Shown here: in pieces, positions 1 to 14,040 of the stretch
How positions within the stretch are numbered: position 1 is the stretch's first letter
Layout of the letters: each line of letters begins with the position of its first letter
NCBI GenBank assembly: GCA_951406725.2
Contig: OX597818.1
Location: 112,778,001 to 112,842,000, forward strand
Length of the DNA: 64,000 nt
Reading direction: 5' to 3'
Source: Octopus vulgaris
Lineage: Eukaryota
Program-made: the position numbers and the translations under genes
Notes under the pieces: model-generated
The model's database searches: none
The model's input: the letters and a program-made list of their open reading frames with translations, nothing else
What the model was told of the DNA's origin: nothing

Positions 1-28
1 TATATTATTATCCTTAAACCTTTATATA

Positions 29-84
29 GGCGGAGCAGTGGCTGTGTGGTAAGTAGCTTGCTCACAAACCACATGGTTCCGGGT
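29..84 (+). mobile_element. Head fragment of the dominant tRNA-derived SINE (family A)
   Basis: ggcggagcagtggctgtgtggtaagtagcttgctcacaaaccacatggttccggg matches the heads of the full copies at 33239 (+) and 47827 (-). Confidence 0.8.
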
Positions 85-499
85 TTTGACTAATCAAAAT
101 ATCTACAGATATTTCCATAGGAATATCTGACATGCGGTATTCCATTCATAAAAATGTGCTGACATTTGATACCATCCTGCCTTTTCAAGTCATAATTTGT
201 CCGCGTTTTTGTTCTATCTGGAATAATTCTGCAGTCTATTATGTTTGGTAACGCTCTCGGACTTCGACTATAGTCGAAGAAGTCAGTTATAGTCAAACGC
301 GTGTCGTATATCAGCGCCCTATTCAGAATTCTTGATTAGACATATCAATGCCGTTCGTTTTTGTGTGCATCTCTCTCTTCTCTCTTTACACACACGTGCG
401 CGCACACACACACACACATACACATACATACATACATATATAATACATACATACATACATACATACGCAACATGTTAGAAGCTATACCTACTCAGAATG

Positions 500-830
500 A
501 AAAGGAGTACTAGTGGAATGTCCCAGTGAAAACCCCAATAAAATGTAAGCACAACAGACCTGATATAATGATTTGGGACGGAGAAAAGAAACTGCACAAT
601 TGTGGAAGTTACCTGCCCAGTAGATGTTAACATAAAACTAAAGATCAGCGAAAATACCTACACTGAACTAAAGAGAAATCTAGAGCTACTCATTCCAGAT
701 GACAAGTTTAGGTTTAGTTTAAGCATCTGAAAACCAGAAAGGAGAAAGCTGATTCGAAGATTACAGATTCAAGCCATCACTGAATCTGTAAAATATTGCA
801 AAACATTGCAGACGTTTATCATCATATATA
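500..830 (+). mobile_element. 3' fragment of a non-LTR retrotransposon with a restriction-like endonuclease (RLE), degraded
   Basis: Manual translation with a stop and a frameshift: EY*WNVPVKTPIKCKHNRPDIMIWDGEKKL/CTIVEVTCPVDVNIKLKISE...YTELKRNLELL, the RPD...E pattern of RLE domains. Confidence 0.7.
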
Positions 831-1211
831 GATGAGAATGTCTAGACGTGAAATTATATGCATAAGTATACATACATAAAACAAAACATAGAAATCGGTA
901 CACATAAATGCATATATACATATACATACATACATACATACATTCAAAATAAGGGTGGCTCATTAGCAATTTTTCAACTGAAGGGTAAAAATATATACGT
1001 CACTAAAGCGACTGAGGGCGCTATTCAGCCCCTGTATAGCTAGAAAAACAGCTAGTATAGCCAGTCAAAAACAATTCATAGCCCCAATAACGCAACATCT
1101 TATTTAGTGACAAGGGCGGCAAGCTTCCTAAGCACCGCTCATATCCAGATCACTAGTGATTTCGCAATTATGTTAACGCTCGTCAGTGGCCCTCATATAT
1201 ATAGAAGGGTA

Positions 1212-1532
1212 AAGACCCCTTTCGTTCATGAATGACCAAGATATTGCAACCTCGAAAGTTACCCTCCGAGGCATAGATCCAGGCAGGTTGTGTATGGGCG
1301 ACCAGCAGTCGTCCATGCGTGCCAGACTCTCCTCTCCATGCCACAGAAGTTATCCAAGAGAAAGGCAAAGGCCGATCATACAGCTCGGCACCAGTGACAT
1401 CGCAACTCGTTTCTACACTTGAGAGAACTGGAATTATGTTGCTCAAGAATACAACGCACAACCCGGTCCGGGAATCCTACTGACTCATTCATCATTAAGC
1501 CGACGCTCTAACCACTGAGCCATGCATCTTCA
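1212..1532 (-). mobile_element. tRNA-derived SINE family C (diverged copy)
   Basis: Collinear homology to 22623-22949; the minus strand starts atggctcagtggttagagcgtcgg (A-box-like). Confidence 0.8.
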
Positions 1533-2224
1533 CACACACACACACACACAAACGCACACACACGCACAAACGCACACACACACACATACATAAATATGAA
1601 AATGAACAATGACGTTACATGAGAATAATCTCTAAAAAAGTATTTACGTATATTATGTTGGAATAGGTATTTCGCATCGTTTTAAAATACATACGAAGCA
1701 GTTCATCATTACTGCTCGTAGTTAAAGGATGTACCTAATCATCTGTACTTCCAGCATCATTTTCACCATCAAGTCGCTGATATTTGGCTATTGCACAATC
1801 CTATATATTTAGCAAGTATCATTTGCTTTCTTGTTCGAAAATAATGCCACCCTATAGTAAAACGCATATGCTAAGTGGTAATCCTTACTGCAGCGGTACT
1901 GATTCAGACTAAAGCTTTACAGCGCACAATCTTTGTCCATCGCCCAGCCATTTAAACCACTTCTTTCTGGTTGACATGTTAAATGATTTAATGATTCTAA
2001 CATTGAAGGTGAATGGTCACTAAGCACTCAAACCCATTCCTAATAGAAGAAATAATCATGGATGACTGCACTTCCGGATGAGTTTGGACTTAGAATTAAA
2101 TATGTTTTATACAATGCAATCTATTCGCACGTGTAGATCGCTTGTTCTTCACAATATTATAAAAGCCTTGCCACCGGAAAATATACTTGGGTTCTTATAA
2201 TTTCAAAAACAAATGGTTAATGAA

Positions 2225-2500
2225 TCCCTTATGGTTTGAGACCGATCCCCACTCTCTCTCTTATCTGCTCATTCTCTCTCCGTCTCTCATGTGTACACTG
2301 TGCTATCTTGACTAACGAGAGACAAGTCACAATATTTATATCCCATCTGGTGATGATTCGCATAGTTGAAATATCAGTGTTACTGTTATGTATTTGCTTT
2401 TGCAAGAGTCCTGATGTGAAACCGTGTGTTGAAACAGATATTGTTATACGCTTTAGCATGACTTTTTACCAGCATATCTCTCGGCAATTGTTCGGATGAA
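2225..2500. repeat. Dispersed repeat, unclassified (copy 1)
   Basis: gcaagagtcctgatgtgaaaccgtgtgttgaaacagatattgtt is shared with 11140-11185 (caagattcctgatgtgaagccttgtgttgaagcagacgttgtt). Confidence 0.5.
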
Positions 2501-4210
2501 AACTGTGTTTAATGCCCTACATATTTGAACCTCATAAGTGAATCAATACCTCACAGCAATGCCAATGAACTAGGATCGAAAGTAGAGTTCTATGAATAAG
2601 ATCAATGATATAAATTCAATCAAGGCTGACCGGATATTCGAAATTGCTTGTTTTCTTTTTAATTTCCTACTTTATTTGTGAATTCATTCGATATTACAAC
2701 ACAAAGCCTCAAGTTGAGATAGTGATGCAGGAGTTAAGTCATACTTAATTCTCTCCTGCTTTATCTGGTTTGCTTCAATTTGTTGCCCACACATAAAAGA
2801 AACACTGGAGATGGCTCTTTTGTAGTGATGTAGAAGCCATGATGAAAAATGTTATTATATTTCATAACGAGGTTTAATTTAATTTAAAACTTCCTATACT
2901 GTAGAAACGGAAGCAACATGCCGTTACATCGTTTAATGCAGGAGTGTTTGAGGTAATGTATCTGGTGGTGATATAGTGGCAGTAGTGTTTGCTTTAATAT
3001 CGATGATATATAAGTGGTGTCGTGTCTACTTGTGGCTTCGAAGTTTGGAGAGGGAGATAAGGACAAAGGGTGTGGTTATATGTTTTGTGGTGGGTGAAGG
3101 CTGTATGGCAGGTGGTCGCTGTTAGACTGCGGCATTATGCCTCAGCGTGTTTGTGATAATTGAAATTCTGAAGTAAAACCTGTATTGAATAAAGTAGTAA
3201 ATGGAATAAAACAAAATTACATTTCATAAGAGACAATTCAAAAAGAAATTAACGCCCTTCCTATTCTCACAAAATACAGAAAAAATAATTTGGAATAGAA
3301 CGTATAAAGTCATACAGAATTTAATGATTCAATTAATTTTACATCTGTGCAATGCCTATAATAATATTTGGTCAATAAGCTTTTCAAAAGCAATTTCCGA
3401 TCCATAATTATCAAATGCATTTAATTTTCCTAGGTGTGATTTCTATTTGCTTGTTCCCTCGTTTTGTTCTTTCTGCCATTTTAATTGTATATTTGTTTGA
3501 CATTTTTAAAATGTATGTGCCTATTTATTTCTATGTTTCTGTTTTATTTACAATAATGAAATCGCAATATCAATTTATCAACAGTAGTATAGAATGATGT
3601 TTGCTGAATCACGCACGAGTGGTTACTTCCTTAAAGTTCGTTACCTATAATAATACATTTTCCTTTTGTTTATATACACTTTTAAAATAATGTTGTTTTC
3701 TATAGTTTGCACAATAAGCGGATACTATTCTCTCCCCTGTGCCGGCATTCTTTTATATATTGTATTTTACACTCTCCTATACACTTCTCTACCTAACACT
3801 GGGTTATACAACACCATACACTATTGGCAAAATTGTTCCTCCAATGCTTCTATATATTTTTTTGCCATGTACATTCGTTCTAATTTATTTCATATTTCCC
3901 TCCCAACCTCTCACGCTCTGTCTCTCTATTCAATAAGTCTTTGTCCGTTATTGCATTGCTTTGCAATTGAACAAGTATGTGTGTTTATTCGCCAACATTA
4001 TTTTTTTTCATTCAAACATTCATTCATTCTGGACAAAATCTGTGTCTAAGATACCATATTATCAACATCTTTTTTGTTTAATCCATTATAAGTTTAACAA
4101 TAGCCGTGTTACTCAGATTCTTTACTCTCTATCTATAACGGACACACAAAGAAAACCATCACTTGCTTTCTACGATTGACTCCCGACGTAATTTACTACA
4201 CTTTAACAAA

Positions 4211-4219
4211 TTATTATTA

Positions 4220-4298
<79 letters not shown>
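4211..4298. repeat. (TAA)n/(ATT)n microsatellite at the 3' end of the R4/Dong-like element
   Basis: Direct reading. Confidence 0.95.
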
Positions 4299-4299
<1 letters not shown>

Positions 4300-4301
4300 T
4301 A

Positions 4302-6091
4302 CTCAATAGAATAGACTGTTGGAAAAGAAAAGAATCTTAACATCAGGTTAACATCAAGTATCATTGGATGCCAAAGACCCTTCACTTGGATTACCACAAG
4401 CAACTTTAGCTGCCAAGAAACCTCGTACGTATCCTAGCTGTCTCTAATAACACTGTTTTTTCTGGAATTCTAATAAACTGGGTTTTATATCTATTTCTTC
4501 TATCCATCTATTTAAAATTTTAAGGATAGTTCCCAACTGGGATACATTTTACCTACACTTACCAATTTAATGGCTAGCTCCTGGTATGTTGCTATTTTCT
4601 CTATAGTTCTCATAGTAATTTTTTCATCATTTACGACCGTAAAGTCAATTATCTGGTACTTCCTATTCTCTTAATCTACTAATACCAAATCAGGCCTTCT
4701 AGCTTCTATTACTTTGTCAGTCGGAACGTTAAAGTCCCACAGCATCTTGTATTTCTTACTTTCTAGTACTTTACTAGGTCCATGTTCATACCATTTATCA
4801 GTATGTTCAAATACTAACTTTCTACCTAACTCTCAGTGGATTACTATCCCTAGATTGTCATGCCTTTTCTTTCTGTACCATCATGCTACATTCACTTACT
4901 ATACGAGTAACGCTCTCCTCTTTTGATTTGCATAATCTACATTGGGAATCTACTTGATTTTTGTTTATCTTGGCTTTTATCCAATTAGCCCTTAATGCTT
5001 GATTTTCTGCAGTTACTAACAAACTTTCTGTCTACCTCTTCCGCCTTCTTTTGTGCAACCATAACCATGTCTCACTCCTACTATTTACTGAAATTATCTT
5101 TGGGAATCTACCATGCAGAGCCTTCTCCTGCCAGTCAGATAATTTCTATTCTTTGTTTTGGATTTTTAAGTTCGTTTAGTGTTTTGGTTTCCCTTGCTGT
5201 GACTGTAGCAGCTTTTAATAAACTTTCTTCACTATTACCTACATAGTAGTCTATATAAACGCTAGCTAACTCCACGCAGTATTCTACTGATATTAACCCT
5301 CTTCCACCTCCTTTTCTACGTAGGTATAATCTTGCTACCCCTGCCATTGGGTGGAATCCTCCATTCATACTGAATTCCTTCCAAGGTCTTCGGTCTAGCT
5401 TTGCAAATTCAGTTTTTGTCCAATCTACAAAAGCTGCTGAGTATCTAAGTAATGATACTGCCGAAATATTTACAGTCTCCACTAGATTCGGACCATTTAG
5501 CTTTGACTTTATTAGTTTTCTCACCCTTCTGATGTACTCCTTCTCAATTTGCGTTTTCATTTCTGTAGTTAGTATTCTGTCAGATTCCAATACTCCTAGA
5601 TACTTATAACTCTTTCCTCCTTTCAATAGTTTTAATGTCTGGCCATCTGGTAATTGGATGCCTTCGCTGTTGACTACCCGTCCCTTCTCATGATTAATAT
5701 TGCACATTTATTTATTCCAAATTCCATGACTATATCTTTCCTGAAGAGTCTTGCAGTCTGTATTAAGGAATCTATCTCTTTTTCATTCTTACTAAAAAGC
5801 TTCTGCTCATCCATGTAGAACAAATGGTTAATTTTTCCATTACTATTTCTAAACTGATATCCTCCCTTTGTGTTCCTTAATACTAAACTGAGATGGATCA
5901 AACATAAAACAAATATAAAAGGGGACAACGATTCCCCCTGGGAAATTCCAATCTTCATATTAACTTTCCCTAAGAATGCGTTATCTGAGTAGAGATCTAC
6001 TTTCTATTTCTTCATGCTAAAGCTAATTAATTCACTTATGTTTTCTGCTATACTGAATGTACTCAATCATTCACTTATCCATGAGTGTGGG
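4302..6091 (-). mobile_element. 5'-truncated, disrupted R4/Dong-clade non-LTR retrotransposon (RT + CCHC + RLE endonuclease)
   Basis: Minus-strand motifs in order: PHSWI, GISQGESLSP, HLFYMDEQKLF (YMDD), YKYLGVLE, RLYLRRKGGGRGL, CRLCKSKEESVTRIVSEC, KRHDNL, LWDFNVPTDKVIEARRPDLVLVD, IIDFTV, QKTVLLETARI...*, then a short 3' UTR and (TAA)n. Several stops and frameshifts. Confidence 0.9.
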
Positions 6092-6133
<42 letters not shown>

Positions 6134-6180
6134 GTTGTTGTTGTTGTTGCTGCTGCTGTTGTTGTTGTTGTTATTTTCAT
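6092..6180. repeat. Compound (ATT)n/(GTT)n/(GCT)n microsatellite at the 5' truncation of the Dong-like element
   Basis: Direct reading. Confidence 0.9.
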
Positions 6181-6592
6181 TATCATCTTTCAATTCCGTT
6201 TCCATGTCTTGCCGAGTATCTTCCTAACACTTAGGGCAGAGAAACGCACTGTATACATTGGTAGGCCATTGAAATAAGCACACCAAATTGTTCATTTACA
6301 AAGTTATATGATAGAGACAAACGGGAAGAAGGTCAGAGAAAAAAAAAAGAAAGAAAAATAATAAACAAAAACATAAAGGGGGGAAAACGGAAAGAAAATT
6401 CACAACGAGAATGCTCTTCTCAATACGCGTGACGTACGAGTCAAGACAATCTTTTGCATGGACGGTAAGTATGGGATCTTCCCTAAATAATTTTAAGTTT
6501 CTTTTTTGACCATTGCAAGTGCTCCTGCAATCATTGGTATTGCAACCGTTTAGAGATGCCACATCTTTTCGATTTCGATTAGCAAATCTTTA

Positions 6593-6651
<59 letters not shown>

Positions 6652-6711
6652 TCTTTATTATTATTTTTATTTTTACTATTATTATTATCTTCATAATCAT
6701 TATTATTATTA

Positions 6712-6879
6712 AGACAGCGAGCTGGTAGAACTTTTAGTGCGTCGGTAAAAGTGCATGGCGTTATTTCGTCCGTCTACACACTTTGAGTTCAAATTCCGTC
6801 GAGGTCATCATTACCTTTCATTCTTTCGAAGTCGCTAAAGCTAAAATATGTAGCAGTTGGGCAGTGGGGTCGATGTCTT

Positions 6880-6880
<1 letters not shown>
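6712..6880 (+). mobile_element. SINE family B, diverged
   Basis: gagttcaaattccgtcgaggtc...cctttcattctttcg core shared with the other family B copies. Confidence 0.7.
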
Positions 6881-7111
<231 letters not shown>

Positions 7112-7320
7112 TATTCGTTCACATACAGAAATATATAACTAGTATCAAGCGTAAACAAGAATTTATTCAAACACCGTTCATTAAAATTGTTACCAACTCC
7201 CGATACGTGATTCGCATTCTTAATTAAATCTAAATACATTGATGAATCGTACAAGAAATTTACTAATACAGTACAATTTCTCTACGTGTGACTTCTATAA
7301 TGCCTTTCTTGCCTTCATTG

Positions 7321-7410
<90 letters not shown>

Positions 7411-7890
7411 TGGGTGTAGTGGAGGCGCAATGGCCCGGTTGAAGGGATATGATACGACATTCAAAGGCAATCTGGATTCATTTTAAGCCTCTGCTTTCTC
7501 TTTTCGTGATAGGTAGAGGTGGTCTACGTCACACCTGATGTGGAAATTATGTGTGGCGTTTACTTTTTTCCGACTCTTCAAGTGTGCAGTCAAGTAGCCC
7601 ACATGTTATGAGTACTGGCATGGAAAACACAGGGTTTACTGAATGTAGAGAGTTACGAGGTCCAAATTTTCTTTATTCGGTTGTAAATCCTTTAGTGGCA
7701 CGTATTTTGTTACAGGTGCCATTGTAAGATGTTTTCAGCCACCCCAGTGTACCTCTAACATTACTCGATAGATACAGGGGAAACAGTTAGGTCAATGATA
7801 GAGATGTTAGTCTGTTTTCAGTTCTCTCCATTTTCACACCAATATAGCAACATCTGTGACCAAGCTTCATCGCATGTCATTATTCATTTT

Positions 7891-7924
<34 letters not shown>

Positions 7925-7937
7925 TTATATATATATG

Positions 7938-7976
<39 letters not shown>

Positions 7977-7989
7977 TTATATATATATG

Positions 7990-8027
<38 letters not shown>

Positions 8028-8028
<1 letters not shown>

Positions 8029-8345
8029 CGGGAAGGTTTACGAAAATAAACAAAAGACGAAGGCAGTTGGAGTACAAACAAACAAATTTATTAGTATGGC
8101 GCTCAGGAATAGAAATAGAACAAGTCTTTTACGTTTCGAGCCTTCGCTCTTCGACAGAAAGATACACAGAAAAGAAACAAGGAGAGAAACAAGGAGAGGA
8201 AAAAATGCGTGTAGGAGCTAATGGTCTATCATGGCGTTCTGACTTCAGGCAGAGGTCAGAGGTCAGGCGTTAGACGCTAGAGGGATACTAGGTCAGAGAA
8301 AGAGGGGGTGATAACAGGGTCAGAGAAAGAGGGGGTGATGAGAAG
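8028..8345 (-). mobile_element. PLE-type terminal (pLTR-like) fragment with a hammerhead-like motif, next to (TA)n
   Basis: Minus strand 8162-8125: UCUUU CUGUCGA A GAGC gaag GCUC GAA ACGU A AAAGA. Related to 18633-18835, 31060-31207 and 62900-63200. Confidence 0.6.
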
Positions 8346-9554
8346 TAGAATATCGACGAGTTGTAACACTTCTAATGGTGTCTAAGTTTGAAACGCAGTT
8401 GCATCTACTTACAAACGTAGCATTTATTATACAATATCAATATATATGTATATGTATGTGTATGTACATGTGTGTGTGTGTGTGTGCGGGTGTGTGCTTG
8501 CATGTGTTTGTGGTTGAATAATCTTATGAACACATTCATTCTCGGTAACACGATTGTAAATAAAACCATCAATATATTCAAATATTAATTCAAAATATTT
8601 ACTCTACTCTGGAAAAATATTGAATAATAGAATTCATTTTAGTAAATCACTTCCTTCTCAAATACAGATTCTGGTACTTTCTAGTTATAGTATCTGTATA
8701 TTTCAACAAACATTTATTTTATTCATATTCACATTCCCACACATAAAATGGTGATTTTTATTCCCCAGATATATCATCTCTCCAAGAATCAGCTAATTTA
8801 TGCAGTTTTCTTATAGGAATCATATCACCAACGCATTTATCGTAAGAGAAAATATGTCGGCTACGAAATGAAAGCTACAGCGTTTTTTCTCTATCTAAAA
8901 CAGCAATTGAATTATATAACCAGAGAAAAAATATTCCTAAACAAATAACAAGGAGAGTTTCTCCAGGCAGTCTACGACCGCCATCACTTTATCGGCTCCA
9001 AGAGCTACCCTTTTACATGATTTTATATATTCTTCTATTGTTTCCTAAATGCCGTACATCATATGCATTTACAGGGCATCGTAGTTTACAAGTAATAACA
9101 TACAGAAATCATTTAAAAGAAGAAATATGAATATAAGCGTTTCTAAGATGAAGCTATTTACTTCGTAAACAAGTTAGTTCCGCTAGAGCAAGTTTCTAAC
9201 AGCATTCAATAGTCTTCTACATTCTTTGAATAGACATCCTGTTAGAAACTAACTTGCTGATTTTCGGGTTAAGCTGTCACTAAAATATATACACTCATCA
9301 AAAATGTATACAACTTCGATTTGTAAGTTAAGTCATGTATAAAGATAATAATATGATTTTAGACATAAATTTTGAGCACATTGCGTAAGAGTTGATTTAT
9401 TAGTCCATAGTATATCGTGTTGGATTGGCGGATAAATATTAGAAAATTAAATAGATATATTGACATCATAACATTATTTTGTCGCTCCCAAGTTAGTTAT
9501 AGCCGGTTAATGAAGAGAAACAAATACCAATATTAATAAGCTACATAAGTCGGT

Positions 9555-9870
9555 GAACTCTGAGTTCAAATTCCGCCGAGGTCGACTTTTCCTTTCATGC
9601 TTTCGGGGTCGATTAAATGAGTACCAGTTACGCACTTGGGTCGATATAATTGACTTAATCAGTTTGCCTGTCTTTGTTTGTCCTCTCTGTGTTTAGCCCT
9701 TTCTGGGTAGTAAAGAAATATGTATTTCGTCCGCCTTTACGTTCTGAGTTCAAATTCCGCCTTACTCGATGAAATAATTACCGGTTCAGCCCTGGGGTTG
9801 ACATATCGATTTACTCCCTCCTCCAAACTTGCTGGCCTTGTGCCACAATTCGAAATCTTTATTAATTAGA
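9555..9870 (+). mobile_element. SINE family B, tandem/dimeric copy
   Basis: Two successive ctgagttcaaattccgcc units; core ggtcgacttttcctttcatgctttcggggtcgattaaatgagtaccag. Confidence 0.8.
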
Positions 9871-10857
9871 TAAATTCAGAATTGGTGTTCAGTTACATAT
9901 GAATGTGTATCACTACTACTGTTGTATTAGAAACTGCCTAGATTAAGCCTATCGATGTACACAGAAAAGAAAAACCTACCTTGTTACAAGTCTCTTCCTC
10001 CGGAATTTATTAGCGATATCTTTATCATCTTTGCGAAGGGATATGAGAACTACAACTACAGGACGCCTTTTAACTTTCATTCGGTAGCAATTTCAAAGAC
10101 CTTATTTTGTTAACATCCTCAAAATAATTACAATAATCATAGCTTTCCAATTTACATTCTACCAATAATATTTTTAATTTTCGTTTTTGTAGTATTTGTG
10201 TTACGTAATAAATCAAACAGCGTGTGATAATTTCATAATTTTAACACCGATAAATTTATAGCAATTGAATAATTTTATTCCACTACCTATTATACGATAT
10301 CATAATGTATTTGAATACCACTACCTTTTGTAACATTAATGGTTTAGCATTTCTATAATATACAACTCTATTATTTCGATTGTAAATATCACAAGTAATA
10401 AAATATTCTCCTATGCCTTCAGTGTAATGCCTCTTTCATAAATGTGTCGAATAGAGTTAATAATTCAAAGGATAAATTAATTATATTGAATTAAGAGAAT
10501 GCGTAATTCTGTCACGTACACACACGCAGTATATATGTGTGAGCATGTGTGTGTGTGTGTGTGTGAGTAACGAGAGAGTCAAAGTGAGAGAGAATATTGT
10601 AATTTGTTGAATCTCTACTGAAAGTTATCTCGCAACTCACACTCCTCACGGTAAAAAGATAGTTTTTGTCTGTAGATAAGAGGCACTAGAGAATAAATGA
10701 TCTGGTGGGTTCTCCGAAGATCAGTGCTGCTTTTAGCAGAAGAATCTCTGTAGTCTTTACTAGATGGAACTCTAATTCCATCGATAGACTGAATGTATGG
10801 CACATGTTTTACTCATTCAACGATGATCTGTTGGTATTCTATAATGTTGTACCAATA

Positions 10858-10913
<56 letters not shown>

Positions 10914-10969
10914 CGAGAAATGCAACAGCAATAATAATCCTCTCTACTATAGCTACATAGCGTGAAATG

Positions 10970-11080
10970 TGGTAGGAGAGGTTCAGTTGATTAGATCAAC
11001 CCCAGTACCCAACTGGTACTTAATTTATCGACTCGAAAGGATGAAAGGCAAAGTCGACCTTGGCGGAATTTGAACTCAGC
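10970..11080 (-). mobile_element. SINE family B fragment
   Basis: ctggtacttaatttatcgactcgaaaggatgaaaggcaaagtcgaccttggcggaatttgaactcag. Confidence 0.8.
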
Positions 11081-11099
11081 TAACAATAAAGCAATAATT

Positions 11100-11340
11100 T
11101 CGAAATAAGCCCATAAATATACGTTTGTGAATTTGTGCCGCAAGATTCCTGATGTGAAGCCTTGTGTTGAAGCAGACGTTGTTGTATTTCGCGATGGTCA
11201 TTGTTTTTTTTGGCTTATTTGCCAAATAAACACACGCACTATATATTCGTTTTCACTCGTTTATTACTGTTCTCATATCCATTGGCCGGAAGTATTTCGT
11301 GTGTGCTCTTGCTTTGTTTATTCCATTCTCATTTGATATA
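11100..11340. repeat. Dispersed repeat, unclassified (copy 2 of 2225-2500)
   Basis: Shares the cctgatgtgaa...gtgttgaa motif. Confidence 0.5.
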
Positions 11341-11659
11341 CACTTGATATGGCTTCGAGTACTTGATTTAGGATTGGCATATCTGCTTTCCCTTTAGTAT
11401 TTACATTGAATTATTTTAATAATTGAAAGATAGTTGGCGTTACATTGCGATTATATTTCTCACCTAATGCAGAAATTTATTTCTAGATGATTCCTATGGT
11501 GAAAATGAACGATGTTCCTTATAATTAATTATCCATCTGCATTCTTATGTGCTAGCATTATTACCTTGTGCAAAGTTAAGCAATATTTCTCGCACTAACT
11601 GCAGAAGGAATTTTATCATACAAATATATAAAAGCATTCTCTCAAATACACACACATTC

Positions 11660-11880
11660 TTTATTCTTTTATTCTTTTACAAGTTTCAGTCATTTGACTG
11701 CGGTCATTATGGAACACCGCCTTCAGTCGAACAAATTAACCCTAGGACTTATTATTTGTATGTCTAGTACTTATCCTATCGTTATTTTTTTCCGAACCGC
11801 TAAGTTACACCACCATCGGATGGTGGGGGACAAACAAAGATACACACACACACACGCACATACGTACATACACACACACA
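11660..11880 (-). mobile_element. SINE family A, 3' part
   Basis: gtttcagtcatttgactgcggtcattatggaacaccgcc tail motif. Confidence 0.8.
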
Positions 11881-11913
11881 TATATTCTGTTATCTTATTT
11901 AAAACAGAGTCCA

Positions 11914-12189
11914 ACAAATTTATTTCATGCAAAATACTCAGATATTCATAATAGAAAATCGGAGCTGTCAAATTTGTACTCGTCAGTAGCTGGGATAAAA
12001 ACTAAGAGTCTTGTTTAAAATAGACATGACTCCAAGAACGAACACATTTTTAGAATATGATTACTAAAGGAAACTCTATGTACTTCTAACGTCTTTTTCA
12101 ATTTTTATGCAAGCTACTGACGAGTACAAATTTGACCGTTCCGATTTTCTTCTATGAATAACTGAGTGTTTTTGTGTGAAACAAATTGT
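11914..12189. repeat. Imperfect inverted repeat of about 90 bp per arm (MITE-like)
   Basis: gtcaaatttgtactcgtcagtagct (left) is the reverse complement of agctactgacgagtacaaatttgac (right); similarity extends outward with mismatches. Confidence 0.75.
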
Positions 12190-14040
12190 ATAGCAGCATG
12201 AATAATAAAATCTAAAATCCATTTTAACATTTAATCTCGTCCATTACATAAATATGAACGAACATGTTGAAATCTGTTTAATAAGTAAAATCATATATTG
12301 ATTAATTATTAGAGATACAAGCAACAATTATCAGGTCAAATTCTGGCATATATAAATGTGTGTGTGTGTGTGTGTGTGTTTGTATACACACACAAACATT
12401 TGTTTTCACCATATAGTAAAAAACGAAAGACCGAAGTCTAAACAGTTCATATCATAAGAAATCGATAAAAGTTCGATTCAAGAATATTCATAAGGCTCGT
12501 GAAATTTGCTTTTACACTCCCGGAAGTGATACAAGTAAAGTCTCTAGAGTTAATATTACATAGCGGGTAAATCCAGGTAATACTAGAAAGGAGTATGATG
12601 TACCTATTTACTTTTATGTTAAATGTGGCTACATGCAGGAATTCAAATTCCCTTTATGTATCAGTGCAAATATGAGAGGGGTTATCTTGCTCCATCCCGT
12701 TTAATTCTGCATGTTTTGTGTATAAATATTTTATTATAAATTTAATATCTAGCGAAACTAGTATATTTCAATGAAACAGCGGAAATGTGAATTCTTATAG
12801 GATTTGATTTTATATTTGTCCGTAGACAGGAAAAGCTGCAAAAGCCTAACTCTGTTTTCGTTTCGTAAGGGATTTTTCTCAAAAGCCGCACTCCATTCAA
12901 AAGAAATACGCATTAATAACTCTATAGTAAGCGTGCCTCAAATTCAAGGTTGCTTAACATTAATTCCATGGCAAGTTAACTTAACTATGGCTCTATGTAC
13001 TAAAGATCATTTTTAAATTAAACCCGATACAGACGCGATATTCATCCTCATACATTTCATATGATTTCAAGTGACATACTTTTCTTTCTCACACTCACCA
13101 ATGATGTAAAAATCCGAGTGTTCTTTCGAAAACTTATTCCCGATGGCGATTTTGTTCTCTAATTTCGTTATAGAATAAAAGAAATGAAACATATAGCTTT
13201 CATATATCGCTAAACTTTTGATTGAGTAATAAATCAATTATCTCCCAACAACGTTCATTTCAATCTATATAAGCTCTCAGACCTACTATATAGTTAACGA
13301 TTACCTTAATAGCATTCTAATGTCCCTTCCTTGTAATCAAATTAGTTCATCATTGGCGTATTTATCAGTGTAAACATCCACATAACAGTTTTCTTGAATG
13401 TGTTAAACAAAGTATTTAATTCCTGTCACATGTTCCTAGGACTGTAACGGAAATCTCTGTTGAATTAAATTTGAAAACGGCCAACGACATTTTCCTTAAC
13501 TACTGTTAATTCTTAATAAAAAAAATGTTACTCTAATATACATTGTCGGTTCTACGAATTCTGTTTAACTTAATGTTCATCTCTGTATACGAATAACATA
13601 GCGAAAAGCCTATACAGACTTTCTTATACATTGCAAATCTGAATCGAAGATTTATTGTCGATTGAATTGTAGTTTGTAGTAGATTAATGATATGTATTTT
13701 ATCGATTCTTTGCAAAATAACGGAAAAGTACAACCGATCGTATTTTAACTCCACATATAAATGATAATAATCAAATGCTGCAAGTAATTTAGTATGACGC
13801 TCTACCATGTTTGTTGTATCTCGCACTATTGTGAATATACTCCGATAGTATATATTATAGTATATTATAATAACGATTAAATATACATAATGCAGTTTAT
13901 ATAATATGAGCTTATGATATGCAGATATAGTGTCAAGTGTATTATCGATCCAGACATCCACGTCCCCTGCTAAAGTATTCTATTGTTACATGAACAAAGT
14001 AAAGCGTTTAATACACGAATGTTATATTTTACTAGTCTTA

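Noticed and set aside
262-279. 18-bp perfect palindrome cttcgactatagtcgaag
   Set aside because: Isolated, with no supporting context.
2410-2445. Hammerhead at ctgatgtgaaaccgtgtgttgaaac
   Set aside because: Core spacing is wrong and stems I and III are unconvincing.
12117-12180. Hammerhead at ctgacgagtac
   Set aside because: No matching stem II partner followed by GAAA.
13533-13961. 142-aa minus-strand ORF
   Set aside because: AT-rich codon composition, no motif and no splice evidence; consistent with chance.
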